DNA of 26,974 nt from Myxococcota bacterium (GCA_036149055.1 JAYZQJ010000189.1:1-26974); one strand, 5' to 3'. Shown: positions 9,394-18,559, numbered from the stretch's first letter. Notes: generated from the letters alone by a model not told the origin. A program made the numbers and translations.

Positions 9394-9812
9394 TGCGAGC
9401 CGGGCGCCGCCCCTCGGACGCGGCGCTCCTCGCGGCCGCGCTGGCCATGCTCGCGCTGCCCGCGCTGGCCGCCCTCGGCGTCACCCCGGTCGGCGGCTTC
9501 CGCATGTTCACCGAGCCGGTGCGCTACCGGCTGACGATCTTCGAGGAGCGCGCGGACGGCGCGGCCTACCAGGTGCCCGTGCGCGCGATCCTGCCGCACG
9601 CGACCCGGGACGCGCGCCGGGTGCTGCAGGGGAGCGACCGGCTCCGACTCGGCGAGACCCAGGCGCGGCTCGTCGCGGAGCGGCTCGACGCGATCGCGGC
9701 GCTGGTGTGCGCGCAGGACTCGCGTCGACGTGTCGTGCACGTGCACATGGAGATGGAGGACGTGGCCGGCGCGCCGCTCCCGGGCCGCGATCTGGAGCGC
9801 CGGTGCGAGTAG
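9393..9812 (+). CDS. Membrane-anchored HTTM partner protein (SdpA-like / detached lumenal domain)
   Basis: TGATG overlap with the upstream gene. An N-terminal hydrophobic helix is followed by GGFRMFT..YRLTI, then LVC...VVHVHME. Confidence 0.65.
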   Translation: MRAGRRPSDAALLAAALAMLALPALAALGVTPVGGFRMFTEPVRYRLTIFEERADGAAYQVPVRAILPHATRDARRVLQGSDRLRLGETQARLVAERLDAIAALVCAQDSRRRVVHVHMEMEDVAGAPLPGRDLERRCE

Positions 9813-9820
9813 CCGAGGCG

Positions 9821-10690
9821 ATGAGGGCGCGCTGGGACGCGCTCTTCGCCGGGGAGGTGGATCCGCTGGTGTACGCGGCCCTCCGGATCGGCGTGGCGAC
9901 CCTGGTGCTCGTCCGGATCGCCGACTGGACCGCGCCGCTCCTCTCGCTCGACCACCACGGCTGGGTGCGGGGGCTCGACCACGCGCCCTCGGACGACCCG
10001 GCCGCCGCTCCGGCGCTGCACATGCCGCTGCTCGGCGGCCTGCCGTCGGCGCACTCGACCTTCGCGGCCGCCCTCGCGTGGGCCCGGGCGCCGCTCGCCG
10101 TCCTGGTGCTCCTCGGGCTGCGCCCTCGGCCGGCCGCGCTGGCGCTCGGCGTCTCGGGCTACCTGCTGATGGCGCTCGACGCGTCGCGCTACTTCCACCA
10201 CCTCCACCTCCTCTGGCTGAGCTGCGGGCTGGTCGCGCTCACGCCGTGCGACGCGCGGCTGTCGCTCTGGCCGCGCCGCCTGGCCGGAGCGCCGCGCTGG
10301 CCGCTGACCCTCTGGCGCTTCCAGGCGCTCGTGATCTACGCGGCCGCCGGGCTGGCGAAGCTCGACCCGCGCTGGCTCGACGGCACGTCGCTGCGCGCGA
10401 TCGCCGAGCGCTATCCCTTCGAGGGCGCCCTCTGGGACGCGGGCCTCGGGGCGGTCGGCCACGCGGGCATGGCGATCGCGATCGCGGCGTGGGAGCTGGC
10501 CTTGGTGCCGCTCCTCGCCTGGCGCCGGACGCGTCTCGTCGGCGCGGCCCTCGGGCTCGCGCTCCACGTGGTGCTCGACAGCACGACGATGGTCAGCACC
10601 TTCGGCGCCTCGATGGCGCTCTTCCTCGTGACCTTCCTCCCGTGGGAGGTCAGCCGCGCGCCGCGTCCAGCAGATCGGACAGCGACGTGA
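9821..10690 (+). CDS. HTTM-domain protein (vitamin K-dependent carboxylase-like / SdpB-like)
   Basis: GAGG RBS and ATG 9821. Motifs AALRIG, YFHHLHL, RFQALVIYAAAGLAKLDPRWLDG, WEL, and LHV..STFG. Confidence 0.85.
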   Translation: MRARWDALFAGEVDPLVYAALRIGVATLVLVRIADWTAPLLSLDHHGWVRGLDHAPSDDPAAAPALHMPLLGGLPSAHSTFAAALAWARAPLAVLVLLGLRPRPAALALGVSGYLLMALDASRYFHHLHLLWLSCGLVALTPCDARLSLWPRRLAGAPRWPLTLWRFQALVIYAAAGLAKLDPRWLDGTSLRAIAERYPFEGALWDAGLGAVGHAGMAIAIAAWELALVPLLAWRRTRLVGAALGLALHVVLDSTTMVSTFGASMALFLVTFLPWEVSRAPRPADRTAT

Positions 10691-11954
10691 TCTTGCGGCG
10701 GGGCGTGCCCTCCGGGAGATCCGCGGTCTCCCGCGCGTCGATGCGGCCCCAGTCGTCGTAGCTGGTGGCCTTCACGTCGCGCTCGGCGAGGAGCTTCAGC
10801 AGGCCCTCGTGCCCGGCGCGGCCGCCGTCCTCGAGCTGGTCGAGGAGCATGTGCGCCACCTCGCCGCTGTCCTTGCGGTTCGTCGCGATGACGCCGCTCG
10901 GCCCGCGCTTGGCCCAGCCCACCGCCCAGAGGCGGTCGGCGATCTTGCCGTCCTCGTTGGCGAAGCAGGTGCCCCACTCGGCGACCGGCACCCCCTCGAG
11001 CGGGGTGGCCACGTAGCCGATCGCGGTGACCACCGTGCCCACGTCGATCACGTAGGTCTCGCCGGTCTTCACCGCCCGGCCGCTCTCGTCGATCTTCGTG
11101 ACCGCGATCTCGAGCCCGGTGACGTGGTCGTCGCCGAGGATGCGCACCGGCGAGGCGTACCAGCGCATGTGCAGGCGCTTGGGCTTGCTCTCCGGATCGT
11201 TCTCCGAGTAGCCGCGCAGGGTGTCGACGATCTTCTCGTAGAGCCGCTGCTGCTTCGGGTCGTCGACCGTGAAGTCGCCCGGGAGCTGCTCCTTCTGCAC
11301 GACCGCGACCGTCTCGCTCATGTCGCCGAGCTCGCGCAGCTCCGCGGTGGTGAAGCTGGCCTGGAGCGGGCCCCGCCGACCGAGCATGTAGACGTCGGTG
11401 TAGTCCGACTGCTCGATCTTGGTCATCGCGTAGTCGGGGATGTCGGTCTTGACCATCTCGGGCCGGGTCCGGCCGAGCACCCGCACCACGTCGACCGCCA
11501 CGTTGCCGTTGCCGATGACCGCGACGCCGGGGCCGCGCAGCTCGGGATCGAGGTCGGCGAAGTCGGGGTGACCGTTGTACCAGGCGGTCAGGCTCCGCGA
11601 GCCGTACACGCCGGGGAGATCCTCCCCGGGGATGCCGAGCTTCCGGTCGTCGGTCACGCCGACCGCGAGCACGACCGCGTCGTAGAGCTCGAGCAGCTCG
11701 GGCACGCCCACGTCGCGGCCGACCTCCACGTTGCCCACGAACTCGACCTGCTCGCGCTGGGCGGTGCGATGGAAGACCCGCCACACGTTCTTCGTGCCCT
11801 GGTGATCGGGCGCCACGCCGCTCCGGACCAGCCCGTAGGGCGTGGGGATCCGGTCGAGGATGTCGACCCGGACCTCGGGGTCCTTCTTGCAGATGGCCTC
11901 GGCGGCGTAGAATCCCGCCGGCCCGCTCCCGACGATCGCGACGTGCTTGGTCAT
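10650..11954 (-). CDS. Ferredoxin-NADP+ reductase (FprA / adrenodoxin reductase type)
   Basis: GSGPAGFYAA, PYGLVRSGVAPDH, GNGNVAVDVVR, GRRGP and GWAKRGPSGVI. Confidence 0.93.
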   Translation of the reverse strand: MTKHVAIVGSGPAGFYAAEAICKKDPEVRVDILDRIPTPYGLVRSGVAPDHQGTKNVWRVFHRTAQREQVEFVGNVEVGRDVGVPELLELYDAVVLAVGVTDDRKLGIPGEDLPGVYGSRSLTAWYNGHPDFADLDPELRGPGVAVIGNGNVAVDVVRVLGRTRPEMVKTDIPDYAMTKIEQSDYTDVYMLGRRGPLQASFTTAELRELGDMSETVAVVQKEQLPGDFTVDDPKQQRLYEKIVDTLRGYSENDPESKPKRLHMRWYASPVRILGDDHVTGLEIAVTKIDESGRAVKTGETYVIDVGTVVTAIGYVATPLEGVPVAEWGTCFANEDGKIADRLWAVGWAKRGPSGVIATNRKDSGEVAHMLLDQLEDGGRAGHEGLLKLLAERDVKATSYDDWGRIDARETADLPEGTPRRKITSLSDLLDAARG

Positions 11955-12071
11955 GGCGCGCGCTACTTAGCACGCCCGACTTGCCCCCGAGAGGTCGGCG
12001 CGTCAAAAATGCGCCCCCGACCCTCGCCCGGAATACCCTGGGCGCCGGCCCCCGTTCGGTTCCGAGCTTCG

Positions 12072-12542
12072 ATGACGCACCGCCTTTCCATCACGTGCCT
12101 GGCCCTGGCCCTCTTCGCCGTCGGCTGTGGCCCCGAGACCATCCCCAACACCGACGTCCCGGACAACGCGGAGAACCGCGCGGTCATCGACTTCGTGGAG
12201 GAGTACCGGCACGCGGTGGAGCGGAGGGACGTCGGCGCCATCCTCGCGCTCGTCTCGGAGCAGTTCCTCGACGACAACGGCACGATCTCGCCGGACGACG
12301 ACCGGGACTACGACCGGCTCCGGGAGCAGCTCGGCCGCTTCGATCAGCTCCTCGACGTCCGCTACGAGATGCGATACCGGAACATCGAGTACCGGCCGAG
12401 CCGCATCCTGGTCGACTACACCTACACGGCCTCCTTCAAGATCGCGACGCCCGAGGGCGACCGGTGGGAGACCCGGCTGCGCGACAACCGGATCGAGCTC
12501 GTCCGCGAGGACGATCAATTCCGAATCGTCTCGGGTATTTGA
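12072..12542 (+). CDS. Lipoprotein, probable NTF2/SnoaL-like fold
   Basis: Lipobox AVGC. Helix-helix-strands pattern (FVEEYRHAVERRDVGAILALVSEQFLD...FRIVSG). Confidence 0.8.
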   Translation: MTHRLSITCLALALFAVGCGPETIPNTDVPDNAENRAVIDFVEEYRHAVERRDVGAILALVSEQFLDDNGTISPDDDRDYDRLREQLGRFDQLLDVRYEMRYRNIEYRPSRILVDYTYTASFKIATPEGDRWETRLRDNRIELVREDDQFRIVSGI

Positions 12543-12664
12543 CCCGGACCGCGGAGGGCCGTTGAAGAGATCGGCGCGCCTCGGCTACCATCCCGGGACG
12601 AGTCGAGCTGTCGCACGGGACCCGGAGGTCGGGCCGCCCGGGCGGAGCAGTGCGACCGGCCCCG

Positions 12665-14191
12665 ATGTCCGGCTCTGGCGACAAAAAGCAGCTCGGTAAG
12701 ATTCTGCTCAGGCAGAAGCTCGTGACCAACGCGGAGCTCGACGAGCTCCTCGAGCATCAGCGCGAGCACCCGGGCGCGCGCCTCGGCTCGGCCGCGGTCG
12801 AGAGCGGCAAGGTCGACGAGGTCGACATGCTGCGCGCCCTGAGCGAGCAGCACGGGCTGCCGGGCATCGATCTCGCGCAGACGGTGGTGCCGCTCGAGAA
12901 CCTCAAGCTCATCCCGCACGACATCGCCCGGCAGTACCTCATCCTCCCGTTCTCGGTGAAGGACGAGCACCTCTTCCTCGCGATGGCGGATCCCTCGGAT
13001 CGCCGGGTGATCGACGAGATCGAGTTCGTCACCGGCCGCAAGGTCTTCCCGTACGTCGCGGTGGCGCGGCCCCTCGAGCACATCATCGAGGTCGCCTACG
13101 GCGCGCTCGACCGCGGCGAGGAGTTCTACGTCGGGCCCCACGCGCCCGAGGACTACCTCGCCTCGCTGGGGCTGAGCCGCCCCGAGCCGCCGCCGCCGCC
13201 GCGTCACCCCAAGCACCGGCCCTCGTCGCCGCGCTTCCGCCCGCCGAGCACCCCGGAGGTGGCGGTGGTGACCAAAGAGGACAGCGGCCTGCTCGATCCG
13301 GCGCCGGAGCCGGCCCCGATCCCGGTGGACCGCAAGGCGCCGCGGCGGCTGCCGACCCTGGATCCGGCCTTCGCCTCGCGCGTCGCGCCGCTGCCGACGG
13401 CGCCCGAGAAAGGGGAGGGCCCTCAGCCGACCGGCGAACGCGTCGTACTGATCGTCGACGACGAGGACGACATCCGCCGCATGCTGCGCCGGGTGCTCGC
13501 CGAGCGTGACATGACGGTGCTCGAGGCGGCGAAGGGATCGGACGCGCTGGCGATGGTGCGCGAGCACGAGCCGCACGCGATCCTCCTCGACGCGATGCTC
13601 CCGGAGATTCACGGCTTCGACATCTGCCGGAGGATCAAGGGGAGCAAGAAGTACGGGCACATCCCGATCATCATGGTGAGCGCGGTCTATCGAGGGTGGC
13701 GGTTCGCGGAGGACCTGAAGCAGTCCTACGGCGTCGCCGACTTCCTCGAGAAGCCGTTCAAGATCAGCGAGGTCGTCCAGGCCGTCGAGCGGGTGCTCGA
13801 GGGCAAGGAGGACGAGCCGGTCGAGCAGCTCACCGACGAGGCCTCGACCTGCCTCTCCAAGGGGATCGAGGCGTATCGCAACGGACACCTGGACGACGCG
13901 ATCGAGCACCTCCAGCGCGGCGTGGGTCTCGATCCGCTCGCGTTCCGGTTACACTACCACCTCGGCTTGCTCTACGGACGACGTGACCAGCTCTTCGAAG
14001 GCATCGAATCACTGGAGACCAGCGTCGATCTCTCCCCTCGCAACTTCTCCGCGCTCAAGAACCTCGCGGTCCTCTACCAACGCGCCGGCTTCAAGCACAA
14101 GGCGATCGAGATGTGGGAGCGGGCCATGGGGAACGCGCCGGACGAAGAAACTCGGCTCGGGATCAAAGACCATCTGATGAGCCTGCTCTAA
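12665..14191 (+). CDS. MshEN/GSPII_N - Pro-rich linker - receiver - TPR protein
   Basis: Tandem QLGKILLRQKLV....LDELLEHQ and RLGSAAVESGKV....MLRALSEQ motifs; REC domain (IVDDE, LLDAMLP, VSA, KPF); C-terminal TPRs. Confidence 0.88.
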   Translation: MSGSGDKKQLGKILLRQKLVTNAELDELLEHQREHPGARLGSAAVESGKVDEVDMLRALSEQHGLPGIDLAQTVVPLENLKLIPHDIARQYLILPFSVKDEHLFLAMADPSDRRVIDEIEFVTGRKVFPYVAVARPLEHIIEVAYGALDRGEEFYVGPHAPEDYLASLGLSRPEPPPPPRHPKHRPSSPRFRPPSTPEVAVVTKEDSGLLDPAPEPAPIPVDRKAPRRLPTLDPAFASRVAPLPTAPEKGEGPQPTGERVVLIVDDEDDIRRMLRRVLAERDMTVLEAAKGSDALAMVREHEPHAILLDAMLPEIHGFDICRRIKGSKKYGHIPIIMVSAVYRGWRFAEDLKQSYGVADFLEKPFKISEVVQAVERVLEGKEDEPVEQLTDEASTCLSKGIEAYRNGHLDDAIEHLQRGVGLDPLAFRLHYHLGLLYGRRDQLFEGIESLETSVDLSPRNFSALKNLAVLYQRAGFKHKAIEMWERAMGNAPDEETRLGIKDHLMSLL

Positions 14192-14213
14192 GAGAAGCGG
14201 CGAACACACGCGC

Positions 14214-16043
14214 ATGAAGTTCCTCTGCCCCAACTGCAAGGCCAAGTACCAGATCTCCGACGAGAAGATCGCTGGCCGCACGCTCAAGATGGATTGCCGT
14301 CGTTGCAACCATCCGATCGTGATCCGCGGCGACAAGGCGGCCGGCGGCAGCAAAGGCAGCGGACGCAGCAGCCGCCCCGCGCCCGGCGCCGGACGGCGTC
14401 GCGGGGGATCCGGGGTCGGCCCCGCGCCCTCGCGCAGCTCCCGGACCGCGCTCGGCGCCGACTTCCGCAAGAACCCCGGCCCGGCGGCCCCCGCGCAGAA
14501 GACGACCGCGCTCGACCAGTGGTACGTCGCGATCAACGACGTCCCGGTCGGCCCGATGAAGCGCGGCGAGATCGCGAACAAGATCGCGGCCGGCGCCATC
14601 GACGGCGGGTCGCTCAGCTGGCGCGAGGGCTTCGACGACTGGCGCGAGCTGAAGAACATCCCGGAGCTCGCCGCGCTGCTCCAGAAGGCGCGCCCGGCGC
14701 CGCCCAAGCCGGCCTTCCCGTCGCCGGGGCGCGGGCTCGGGGGGCGCGCTCCGGCGCGTCCGGCCCGGCCGCCGTCCTCGCGCAACCAGGCCCCTCGCCC
14801 CACGGGAGGCGCCGAGGCCAGTCGGCCGGCCGCGCGCGGCAACGTGGTGCCGATCGGCGGGCGGCTCGGCGCGGCCGCGGCGCCCGCGCTCGACGAGCTG
14901 CCCCAGAACGACTTCGACGACGAGCCCACGCGCGTCGGCGCGGCCATCGACTTCGAGGCGATGGAGCGCGAGGCCCGCGAGGAGGCCGAGCGTGAGGCCC
15001 GCGAGGCCGAGGCCGCGGCGGCCGAGGAGGAGGAGGAGCAGAAGAAGCCGGTGGGCGTCGCCTTCGGCGGCGACTCCGACGTCTTCGATCCCTTCGCCTC
15101 GCAGGCGGGCGCCGCGGCGGTGGGCTCGTCCCCCGGCGTGGCATCGTCTCCTGGAGCCGCGTCTTCCCCCGGCTTCGCGCCCGCGCCGACGGGCTTCGAG
15201 GCCGCCCCCGCGTCTCCGCCTCCGGCCGCGGTCCCGGTCGAGCGGCGTCGCCGCGCCATCCCGATCGGCGCCTGGATCGCGATCGCCGGCGCCATGGCGT
15301 TCGGCGTCGCGCTCGCGGTGATGGTGGGCACCCACCTGCTCCAGCAGCCGCCGGCGCCCGAGGTGGCGACCGCCGAGCCCACCGCGCCCGCGGAGCCGCA
15401 GGAGCCGAACGCGCCCACCCTCGACACCGAGGTCCCCGAGGAGCCCGCCGAGCCGGCGGAGGAGGAGAGCGCCGCGGCCGAGGAGGGCGACGCGGAGGAG
15501 CCCGAGGAGGAGTCGGAGCCGACGCCGCGCCGCGGGACGACGAACAACCAGGGGACGAGCCGCACCCAGCGAGGCGGTGGCTCGAGCGGCAGCGGCTCGA
15601 GCGGCAGTGGCTCCGGCGGCAGTGGCTCCAGCGGCGGCAGCGCGGCGCCTCGCCCGGATCCGCGCTTCGATCGCTTCGCCGACGACGGCGCCGGCGTGGC
15701 GACGATCGGGCAGCGCCCGAGCAGCGTGCTCGACGAGCGCCGCGAGACCGGCGGCGGCACGCTCAACGCCGACCAGATCCGGACCGTCGTCAACCGCGAG
15801 CGCAGCGCGGTCACCCGCTGCTACGAGACCGCGGCCCGCCAGAGCGGCCGGGCGCCGTCGGTGCGCGTCGACGTCGACGTGACGGTGGGCGGCTCGGGCA
15901 CGGTCACCCGGGCGCGCGCCCGGGGCCAGGCGTTCGGGAACCTGCACGAGTGCATCGAGCGGAGCGTCAGGCGGTGGCGCTTCCCGGCCAGCGGCGGCCA
16001 GACCCAGACCAGCATCCCGTTCGTCTTCCAAGGCCGCGACTGA
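14214..16043 (+). CDS. GltJ/AgmX-family protein: zinc ribbon - GYF_2 - linker - TM - TonB-C-like AgmX/PglI domain
   Basis: CPNC..CRRC zinc ribbon, WYVAINDVPVGPM..WREGFDDW GYF_2 domain, a single TM helix, and C-terminal VTRCYE...ECIERSVRRWRFP...IPFVF. Confidence 0.85.
   Translation: MKFLCPNCKAKYQISDEKIAGRTLKMDCRRCNHPIVIRGDKAAGGSKGSGRSSRPAPGAGRRRGGSGVGPAPSRSSRTALGADFRKNPGPAAPAQKTTALDQWYVAINDVPVGPMKRGEIANKIAAGAIDGGSLSWREGFDDWRELKNIPELAALLQKARPAPPKPAFPSPGRGLGGRAPARPARPPSSRNQAPRPTGGAEASRPAARGNVVPIGGRLGAAAAPALDELPQNDFDDEPTRVGAAIDFEAMEREAREEAEREAREAEAAAAEEEEEQKKPVGVAFGGDSDVFDPFASQAGAAAVGSSPGVASSPGAASSPGFAPAPTGFEAAPASPPPAAVPVERRRRAIPIGAWIAIAGAMAFGVALAVMVGTHLLQQPPAPEVATAEPTAPAEPQEPNAPTLDTEVPEEPAEPAEEESAAAEEGDAEEPEEESEPTPRRGTTNNQGTSRTQRGGGSSGSGSSGSGSGGSGSSGGSAAPRPDPRFDRFADDGAGVATIGQRPSSVLDERRETGGGTLNADQIRTVVNRERSAVTRCYETAARQSGRAPSVRVDVDVTVGGSGTVTRARARGQAFGNLHECIERSVRRWRFPASGGQTQTSIPFVFQGRD
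15579..15638 (+). repeat. Intragenic 15-bp tandem repeat x4 (GSSGS-type linker)
   Basis: GGCTCGAGCGGCAGY-like units at 15579, 15594, 15609 and 15624. Confidence 0.8.
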
Positions 16044-16566
16044 AGCCGTCGGCGAGGGCGTCGGCCGTGAGGTCGACGCGCGCGTCGGGCGGCAGGTGCA
16101 CGAAGAGGGTCGGCACGCCGGCGCACAGCAGCCGGTAGTAGAGGTCGTTGCAGACGTAGCCGCCCGCGTCGCGAGAGCCCTCGGTCGCGATCCCGCGCGC
16201 GTGCAGGGCCTCGCGCACCGCGTCCCCCGGGAGCCCCGCGAGCCGGGCCGGGCCGCCGCCGACCAGCACCTGGCCGACGCGGATCTCGCCGCGATCGTCG
16301 GGCTTGTCGGAGGTGCAGAGGTTGCGCCCCAGCGCCTCCACCCGGACCCGGGTGGCCTTGCCCGCGAGCCCCAGCGCCAGCACCGCCGCCGCGCCTCGCG
16401 CCCGCCGGGTCGCGATCCGGGCCGCCTCCGCGTGGCGCACCGGGAGCACCGCGGCCTCGAACCGGACGCCCCGTCGGCGCCGGCCGTCGAGCGCGCGCGC
16501 CACGTCCGCCGACGGGTTCACCGCGTGGTGGAGGAAAGGACCGAAACCCGTCACGAGGACACGCAC
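15967..16566 (-). CDS. pcp: Pyroglutamyl-peptidase I (peptidase C15)
   Basis: VLVTGFGPF...NPS, RVE, SRDAGGYVCN and FVHLP (Glu/Cys/His triad). Confidence 0.92.
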   Translation of the reverse strand: MRVLVTGFGPFLHHAVNPSADVARALDGRRRRGVRFEAAVLPVRHAEAARIATRRARGAAAVLALGLAGKATRVRVEALGRNLCTSDKPDDRGEIRVGQVLVGGGPARLAGLPGDAVREALHARGIATEGSRDAGGYVCNDLYYRLLCAGVPTLFVHLPPDARVDLTADALADGFSRGLGRRTGCWSGSGRRWPGSATA

Positions 16567-16622
16567 CCGTCGAGGATAGCGTGCTTGGCGTCGGGCCCCG
16601 CATCGGCGACGATGATCGGGTC

Positions 16623-16958
16623 GTGAGCGAAGACGAACGAGACGAGCCCTCGGCGCCTCGCTGGGCCGCCGACGAGCCCACCGCCATGTGGGACGACTCT
16701 CTGCTGAAAGAGTCCGGCTACGACGCCCTCGCCGAGCACCGGGCCGCCGAGCCTCGCGCCGAGACCGGGCCCGCCACCCAGCGCGAGGTGAAGGGCGACG
16801 TCGCCGGCAAGGTGACGGTCTCCGGCGAGCTCACCGGCGGGCACCCCGCGCAGCCCGCGCCCGCCGCGCGGCCGCCGTGGATCTCCTGGGTCGTCACCCT
16901 CGCGCTCGCCGTGCTCCTCGGCGGCGTCGCCTACTTCGTCGTGAGGCTGATCCGATGA
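16623..16958 (+). CDS. Small hypothetical protein, acidic N-terminus with C-terminal TM anchor
   Basis: GC3-biased ORF; its stop overlaps the next ATG (ATGA); C-terminal hydrophobic helix. Confidence 0.7.
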   Translation: MSEDERDEPSAPRWAADEPTAMWDDSLLKESGYDALAEHRAAEPRAETGPATQREVKGDVAGKVTVSGELTGGHPAQPAPAARPPWISWVVTLALAVLLGGVAYFVVRLIR

Positions 16959-17224
16959 ACGCCGCCGATCTTTCCCGGCTCGTCGCCGAGAGCCTCTACC
17001 TCGTGCTGTGGGTGAGCGCGCCGGCGCTGGCGGTGGCGATGATCACCGGGCTCACCGTCGCGGTCCTCTCGGCGGCGACGCAGGTGCAGGAGCAGAGCCT
17101 CACCTTCGTGCCCAAGGTCGCGTTCGTGGCCCTCACCCTCGCGCTCGTCGGCGGGTGGATGGCGACCGAGCTCATCGGCTTCACCGAGCAGCTCTGGCGA
17201 TCGATCCCCGGGCTCGTCGGCTGA
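16955..17224 (+). CDS. Type III export apparatus subunit, SctS/FliQ family
   Basis: 89 aa, with P.LAVAMITGL.VAVLSAATQVQEQSLTFVPK matching the FliQ/EscS signature. Confidence 0.92.
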   Translation: MNAADLSRLVAESLYLVLWVSAPALAVAMITGLTVAVLSAATQVQEQSLTFVPKVAFVALTLALVGGWMATELIGFTEQLWRSIPGLVG

Positions 17225-18021
17225 TGCCCGAGGCGCTCTTCGGCGCGCCCCTCGAGCGCGCGGCGCCGGTCTTCCTGCTCGTGCTCGCGCGCACCGCGGC
17301 GCTCGCGTGGCTGGCGCCCTGGCTCGGCTGGAAGGGCACCGCGACGCTGGTGCGCCTCTCGGTGGCCGTCGTCCTGGCGGCCGCGCTCACCCCGCTCGCC
17401 CTCGCCGCCGCGCCGGAGATCCCGGCCGGCTGGCTGCCGCTCGCGGTGCTCGCGATCCGGGAGGCGCTGGTCGGAGCGGCGTTCGCGGTGGCGGCGTCGG
17501 CGCCCCTGTACGCGCTCGGCTGGACCGGGCAGCTCGTCGACCGGTGGCGCGGCAGCCCGCCGGACGCGACGGTGGTCTCGCCGCTCGGGGCGTCGAGCCC
17601 GCTGGGCACGCTCCACGTCGCCGCGTCGGTCGTGATCTTCGTCGCCCTCGGCGGCCACCGCCTCGCGCTCGCCGCCTTCGCCGACGGTCTGCTCGACGCG
17701 CCGGTGGGCGCGGGCGGAGACGCCGAGAGCCTCGCCGCGTTCGCGATGGGCGCGGGGCGCCTCGTGACCGAGGCGCTCGAGCTCACGGTCGCGTTCGCCG
17801 CCCCGGCGGTGGTGGCGTTCCTCGTCCTCGAGCTGGTGATCGGCCTCTGGGGCCGGGCGGCGCCCAGCCTGCGGCTCTGGATGGAGGGCATGTCGCTCCG
17901 CGCGGCGCTCGGGGTGGCGGTGGCGCTCCTGTCGCTCAGCGCGCTCCTGCCGCGCCTCGGGCCGGTGTTCCAGGGCTCGATCGACGCGGCGGAGGCCCTG
18001 GTCCGCTCCGCCTTCGGGTGA
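17224..18021 (+). CDS. Type III export apparatus subunit, SctT/FliR family
   Basis: [35 protein letters not shown] and [13 protein letters not shown]-coupled to sctS. Confidence 0.88.
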   Translation: MPEALFGAPLERAAPVFLLVLARTAALAWLAPWLGWKGTATLVRLSVAVVLAAALTPLALAAAPEIPAGWLPLAVLAIREALVGAAFAVAASAPLYALGWTGQLVDRWRGSPPDATVVSPLGASSPLGTLHVAASVVIFVALGGHRLALAAFADGLLDAPVGAGGDAESLAAFAMGAGRLVTEALELTVAFAAPAVVAFLVLELVIGLWGRAAPSLRLWMEGMSLRAALGVAVALLSLSALLPRLGPVFQGSIDAAEALVRSAFG

Positions 18022-18037
18022 TAGACACGCCCCCGAG

Positions 18038-18559
18038 ATGGACGACATTCAGACCCTCATCGACGCCGAGACCATCGCCGACAAGGTGCGCGAGCTCGGG
18101 GCCCGCATCACCGAGGACTTCCGCGGCAAAGAGCTGGTGCTCGTCCCCGTGCTCAAAGGCAGCTTCGTCTTCGCCGCCGATCTGGCGCGGGCGATCGATC
18201 TGCCGCTGTCGATCGAGTTCTTCGGCTGCCGCAGCTACGAGGGCAGCACCTCGAGCGGCGTGGTGCAGACCACGCTCGACCTCACCAAGCCCATCGAGGG
18301 CAAGCACGTGATCATCGTCGAGGACATCGTCGATACCGGCCTCACGATGGAGTACATGCGCGACAACTTCGAGACGCGGCACCCGGCCTCGCTCAAGCTC
18401 GCGTCGCTCCTCCACAAGCCGGCGCGCACCAAGGTCCCGGTCGACATCGACTACCTCGGCTTCACGATCGACGACGTCTTCGTGATCGGCTACGGGCTCG
18501 ACTACGACGAGCGCTACCGCAACTTGCCTTACCTCGGCGTGCTGGGGCAGGGGAGCTGA
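18038..18559 (+). CDS. hpt: Hypoxanthine phosphoribosyltransferase
   Basis: [14 protein letters not shown] loop, [17 protein letters not shown]-binding motif and [18 protein letters not shown]. Confidence 0.97.
   Translation: MDDIQTLIDAETIADKVRELGARITEDFRGKELVLVPVLKGSFVFAADLARAIDLPLSIEFFGCRSYEGSTSSGVVQTTLDLTKPIEGKHVIIVEDIVDTGLTMEYMRDNFETRHPASLKLASLLHKPARTKVPVDIDYLGFTIDDVFVIGYGLDYDERYRNLPYLGVLGQGS

Noticed and set aside
11955..12071. Possible riboswitch (hairpins such as GGCGCGT-CAAAA-ATGCGCC) between FNR and the lipoprotein gene
   Set aside because: No recognisable aptamer consensus. Short stems are common at this GC content, and the region is adequately explained as a divergent promoter.
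6982..12542. ORFs 6982-9180(-) and 10411-12006(-), and the N-terminal extensions of 8993-10690, 9027-9812 and 10809-12542
   Set aside because: Shadow frames. The real genes start at 9393, 9821 and 12072, where signal peptides or family motifs begin.
16955..18021. Flagellar operon
   Set aside because: No other flagellar genes are in the window. Family membership alone cannot separate FliQ/FliR from SctS/SctT, so no gene symbol is assigned.
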